From contig JAHJFH010000026.1 of the NCBI GenBank assembly GCA_018824925.1, positions 1-30,647 of the forward strand: a stretch of DNA of 30,647 nt. Reading direction: 5' to 3'. Numbering within the stretch: position 1 is the first letter of the stretch; each line of letters begins with the position of its first letter. This stretch comes from Thermoplasmatota archaeon. Its GTDB lineage: Archaea; Thermoplasmatota; E2; DHVEG-1. The notes beneath the pieces were generated by a model. It had not been told where the DNA came from, searched no databases, and was given only the letters and a program-made list of their open reading frames with translations. Both the position numbers and the translations under genes were made by a program. This document shows, piece after piece, positions 26,855 through 30,647 of this stretch.

Positions 26855-27952
26855 CTATTTTTTAGTTATACCCATCATTGCAAGTTTTTCGGGTAAATAT
26901 GTGTCAGTTACATAGTCCAATCCATATTTTGCTAAGGCCTGCTGCTCAGACTTCTTTTTAATACTTAATTGGAGTTTAATTTCTTGTTTCCAGAATGGAT
27001 CCTGAAAGCGTGGGTCTGATAACTCACTTTTCAATGCACTAATATCTTCTTTTGTTAACACATCTGTGGGGAGCTTATAATTCTCTATATCTGATGGAGT
27101 GACTCCTAGATAGAGTGCACCCGGTGTTGCTAAATACTCTGAGATATGCGCCGTTTTGATTGCCCCATAGGCAACACTACCAAAAATCCGGTAGCTCCAG
27201 GGATCACAATCCGTAAACACTAAAACAGGTAGTTTGAGTTCCTCATGTAATCTTTTTATGAATCGTCGGGTTGATCGTGCGGGTTGTCCTTTCAAATGTA
27301 CGAGAATAGAACGATTTGAGGTGTCAAACCCATTTTCTACCAATCGATCAAACATACCACCCGTTTCAATCGCGAGGATAAAATCTGCATCTGCCTTCTT
27401 AATAGCTATTTTTTCTGGATCAACATTATAGGGGATTGAATATCCTGAATCCCCGACATCATCCTGACAGTGGATAATTTTTTTTGTTTTGTTTCGTGTT
27501 ACCTCTGAAATTGTGAGATTTCCAATAACCCGAGCACCATCCTCCTCAGGACGAAGTTTGAAGTCCTCCCGCATACAATGCGTTATCACCTCAAGATCCT
27601 CCGCGAGTGAATCAGATTCAGGCTGTGAATGAAATTTCGCTAAGTCCCACCCTTCAGAAATGTAATACATTTCTCGAAGTGTGGATGATTTATTGGCTTT
27701 GATCATATCTTTGATAAAATCGACCATATACATGGTTCGAAGCATCATGTAGGCGCCATCGAGAGTTTTTGCGGATCGTTCGGTCGTGTTTGAACCATAT
27801 TTCCAGACACTGAGGTTATCATCAAATTTGATATTGGCTTTGGTTCGTGTGGGTAGTTCTAATCGGGGTATCTCTGCCTGAATGAGATTGGTATAGACAC
27901 CGGTTGCTATCTTATCAATGCGGTCGATAACTTGTTTTGAATTGTTCGTCAT
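26855..27952 (-). CDS. top6A: DNA topoisomerase VI subunit A
   Basis: Motifs STLREMYY (catalytic Tyr), [27 protein letters not shown] and EQQAL. Confidence 0.97.
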   Translation of the reverse strand: MTNNSKQVIDRIDKIATGVYTNLIQAEIPRLELPTRTKANIKFDDNLSVWKYGSNTTERSAKTLDGAYMMLRTMYMVDFIKDMIKANKSSTLREMYYISEGWDLAKFHSQPESDSLAEDLEVITHCMREDFKLRPEEDGARVIGNLTISEVTRNKTKKIIHCQDDVGDSGYSIPYNVDPEKIAIKKADADFILAIETGGMFDRLVENGFDTSNRSILVHLKGQPARSTRRFIKRLHEELKLPVLVFTDCDPWSYRIFGSVAYGAIKTAHISEYLATPGALYLGVTPSDIENYKLPTDVLTKEDISALKSELSDPRFQDPFWKQEIKLQLSIKKKSEQQALAKYGLDYVTDTYLPEKLAMMGITKK

Positions 27953-27955
27953 ATG

Positions 27956-29890
27956 TTATTCTCCCTCCCATTTATCTGCACCAATCACATAATTTGGGTT
28001 GATATTTTCAACATATAAATCATTTTCATCAAAATCGCCTTTATCAAGCCCAAGCAGCTCAAAATAAACATCGATTTTTTTGGCAGGTTGGATATTTTCC
28101 AATTGCCATTTAATATAGCGGGACGTAATCTTTTTTGGCTCAGGGCGTATCGATGTAATCTTCGCATCTTCAGGGATGAGGGCATAGAGTATGAATTTCT
28201 GTGGTCGATTCTTATAATTAACCACAAGAAGGGTGCTTTTCGTGACCCAAGGAGAGGGTGTTTTCTGTTCCTCACCTTCTGAAAAGAGTGTGGTTTGTAT
28301 CGGAAGGATATCACGTTTTTCATATTCGATAAGGTCCTCAATCCAGATTACATCCATGATTTTAGTGATAACGGCATCAAGAGAAGGTATGGGTTTGCCC
28401 AGCATATGTGCAGATTTTTTAGCTATCTCTGGGAGTATTTTGGTAATTAACTCAAATTTTTCTCGGGTTTTTTGCCGTCGGACTTTTTTATGAATATGAC
28501 TTTGGACTTTCCGTGCACATTCTCGAAACGCGAGTTTAATCTCATTTTCGATTTCGGGAATGTCAGCGATAGCTTCTTTGCTTTCTGAGGTAAAGGGTAT
28601 TTGGGTTGATGAAACATGGGTCATAAAAATAGCAGGTCCTGAGGGAGTACCTTTTCCAGAGGGTTGGTCAAGACCATAGCGACGCCAATCAATGGAGGCA
28701 ATAGCTTGGGTTGATATACAGTCGCCTTGTTGGTAAAGCAGGGGTACACGGTTTGCAAACCTGAGGAGTTTTACTGAGGTATCTTTTGGGAGGTTACCGC
28801 CGTAGACGATACCGACTTCGACTTGGAAGGGGTTTCCTGTATAGACTGAGGCAGGGCGTGAGGCTGTAATGATAAATTCCGGTGATATTTCTTGGGTTTC
28901 ATGTTTTAAACTACGTTTGATGAGGGTTTCTCCTATGGGTGAGAGACATTCTGTGGAGGGTGCCATGATTTTTACTTTTTTGAAGGCTCGGTGTAATACC
29001 TGGAATTGATCTCGGGTCATTTCCTTGGGATTAAGGTTTTTGTCAATACCGGCTTTTTCACAAACCGCGATGGTTGTACGATCACCCATGCTGCTAAACT
29101 CGCTTTTAAGAAATGAGGTGAGTTTCCGGGATTTAGAGTTTTTTGCCATTTTGATGAGCGTACCGAGTTCAACGCCATAGGGATGGGGTTTAATCTCTAT
29201 ACTTTTCCGTGGGAGGGCATCGGTGGTGCGTTCAAACACATGTTCTGTACCATCTGGTTCTCGAAAAATGATTTGAGCATGGGGATTAACTATAGAGATA
29301 CTCTGAAGATACTCATAGACAAATCGTCGGCCACGTTTGTAATCAGCAACAATACTCACCTCTATGCGGGTTCCTGATGGTTTGTCCCAATGATCAATTG
29401 CTGATCGGATTACCTCTGCTCGATTTTTATTGGTATCAATCGCAAGTTCCATGAGGTTAGCAGGTCGGTCATCCTGAATTTTAGATGAAATTGTTGCATG
29501 TTTTCCTGTGGTTAATTGCCCATAAAGGACGACTGCGGATATACCAATTCCTTGTTGACCACGACTCTGACGTATCGCATGAAAACGAGATCCATAGAGG
29601 AGACGACCAAAAATATGTTTAATCTGATTTTTTACGATACCAGGACCGTTATCCTCGATAGTGATTTTGCATTCGTTATCCTCATGGTTTTTGATTTCTA
29701 CCACTATTTCTGGGAGAATATCTGCCTCTTCACAGGCATCAAGAGCATTATCCACCCCTTCTTTTACACTAGTGACAAGAGCACGGGTGGGGTTGCCAAA
29801 ACCAAGGATATGTTTATTGCGTTCAAAGAATTCTGCTACAGATATTTCTTTTTGTTTCTCAGCAAGTATATGCGCTATTGCTTGGGCCAC
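27956..29890 (-). CDS. top6B: DNA topoisomerase VI subunit B
   Basis: GHKL motifs [17 protein letters not shown] and [10 protein letters not shown]; H2TH; [11 protein letters not shown]; C-terminal Ig-like domain. Confidence 0.97.
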   Translation of the reverse strand: MAQAIAHILAEKQKEISVAEFFERNKHILGFGNPTRALVTSVKEGVDNALDACEEADILPEIVVEIKNHEDNECKITIEDNGPGIVKNQIKHIFGRLLYGSRFHAIRQSRGQQGIGISAVVLYGQLTTGKHATISSKIQDDRPANLMELAIDTNKNRAEVIRSAIDHWDKPSGTRIEVSIVADYKRGRRFVYEYLQSISIVNPHAQIIFREPDGTEHVFERTTDALPRKSIEIKPHPYGVELGTLIKMAKNSKSRKLTSFLKSEFSSMGDRTTIAVCEKAGIDKNLNPKEMTRDQFQVLHRAFKKVKIMAPSTECLSPIGETLIKRSLKHETQEISPEFIITASRPASVYTGNPFQVEVGIVYGGNLPKDTSVKLLRFANRVPLLYQQGDCISTQAIASIDWRRYGLDQPSGKGTPSGPAIFMTHVSSTQIPFTSESKEAIADIPEIENEIKLAFRECARKVQSHIHKKVRRQKTREKFELITKILPEIAKKSAHMLGKPIPSLDAVITKIMDVIWIEDLIEYEKRDILPIQTTLFSEGEEQKTPSPWVTKSTLLVVNYKNRPQKFILYALIPEDAKITSIRPEPKKITSRYIKWQLENIQPAKKIDVYFELLGLDKGDFDENDLYVENINPNYVIGADKWEGE

Positions 29891-30036
29891 GGAAAACCCT
29901 CCTGAAGGAACAAGGATCGCATCCGTAACTGGTATCTAGATTGAAATTATAAAATTATGGGAATGCTGGTGCGATAACGTTTATAAGAAAAAAATCATTT
30001 GCCCCCTACAACATATTAGGATGTCTTTGTGAGAGT

Positions 30037-30647
30037 ATGACAGCGTACGATCAATTCAGTATTGAGAAAAAATGGCAGCAGCACTGGCAGGATTCAGGTG
30101 TCTATCATTTCGATTTTACGAGCAAGAAACCACCGTATAGCATTGATGTCCCACCGCGATATGCATCAGGACCCCTACACGCAGGTCATGCGGTTCATTA
30201 TACCCACATTGATTTTGCGGCTCGATACAAACGTATGCGTGGTTTCAATGTTTTTTATCCCCTTTGTTTTGATGTCAACGGTATCCCCATTGAGGAACGG
30301 GTTGAACGAAAACTCAACATCACTCGTAAAGACATTGAGCGTCATGAATTCACAAAACTGTGCTCAGAGTTTGCCGAACAAAATATTAGAACCATGATCT
30401 CCCAGTTTATCCGCCTGGGAGAAAGCATGGATCCAACAATCTATTATCAGACCAACGCAGAATATTATCGACGTATCACCCAGATATCATTCATTAAACT
30501 ATACCATATGGGCCATATCTACAAAGGAAAATTTCCGGTGAACTGGTGTCCCCGCTGTATGACCGCTATGGCCGATGCAGAAGTAGTCTATACTGATCGT
30601 CAAACAAAACTAAATACCATCAAATTCTATTTTATTAAAAAACAACC
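30037..30647 (+). CDS. valS: Valine-tRNA ligase, 5' part (runs off the window)
   Basis: Not in the ORF track (no stop). MTAYDQFSIEKKWQQHW...SIDVPPRYASGPLHAGH (HIGH)...FDVNGIPIE...PVNWCPRCMTAMADAEV. Confidence 0.93.
   Translation, partial: MTAYDQFSIEKKWQQHWQDSGVYHFDFTSKKPPYSIDVPPRYASGPLHAGHAVHYTHIDFAARYKRMRGFNVFYPLCFDVNGIPIEERVERKLNITRKDIERHEFTKLCSEFAEQNIRTMISQFIRLGESMDPTIYYQTNAEYYRRITQISFIKLYHMGHIYKGKFPVNWCPRCMTAMADAEVVYTDRQTKLNTIKFYFIKKQ

Noticed and set aside
1-30647. CRISPR arrays, tRNAs, rRNAs, transposases, integrases, inteins
   Set aside because: None seen by eye. There are no regularly spaced repeats or cloverleafs in the intergenic gaps (ggttcga at about 14549 lacks tRNA context), and housekeeping proteins are of normal length. 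A tRNAscan-SE/Infernal run would be the decisive check.

Overview
Archaeal chromosomal window, most consistent with an uncultured Thermoplasmatota of the DHVEG-1/MBG-D (Thermoprofundales-like) type. This is inferred from archaeal GGTGAT/GGAGG Shine-Dalgarno and BRE-TATA promoters, a secreted C25 gingipain-like peptidase, a secreted beta-helix protein and a DUF6015-like gene. From about 2.8 kb onward it is mostly housekeeping: PLP aminotransferase, TtuA, PheT, DUF373, site-2 protease, uL16/L10e, Nip7-like + NOP2/RsmB, Csl4, RpoL, TruD, IleRS, Kae1, Bud32, HAM1, Topo VI A/B and the 5' part of ValRS. The left 2.5 kb is an AT-rich accessory region attached to the 3' end of an unannotated RNase P RNA gene (2468-2785, minus strand). 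The last ~31 bp of the rnpB locus are duplicated at 1828-1858, bracketing a ~0.6 kb RelBE-like islet whose toxin is doubly inactivated. Further left is an AbiE-like (tandem wHTH + nucleotidyltransferase) pair. The best candidate for an undescribed system is a TA/defence integration hotspot that uses the conserved P4/P1 3' strand of archaeal RNase P RNA as its attachment site. Also notable: strong strand-composition skew that flips independently of gene orientation, two small genes missing from the ORF track (a 34-aa CPxCG-type zinc finger and a 65-aa ORF with no in-frame ATG/GTG/TTG), and a PIP-box-like motif in Top6B. All family calls are from motif recognition; no database search was run.
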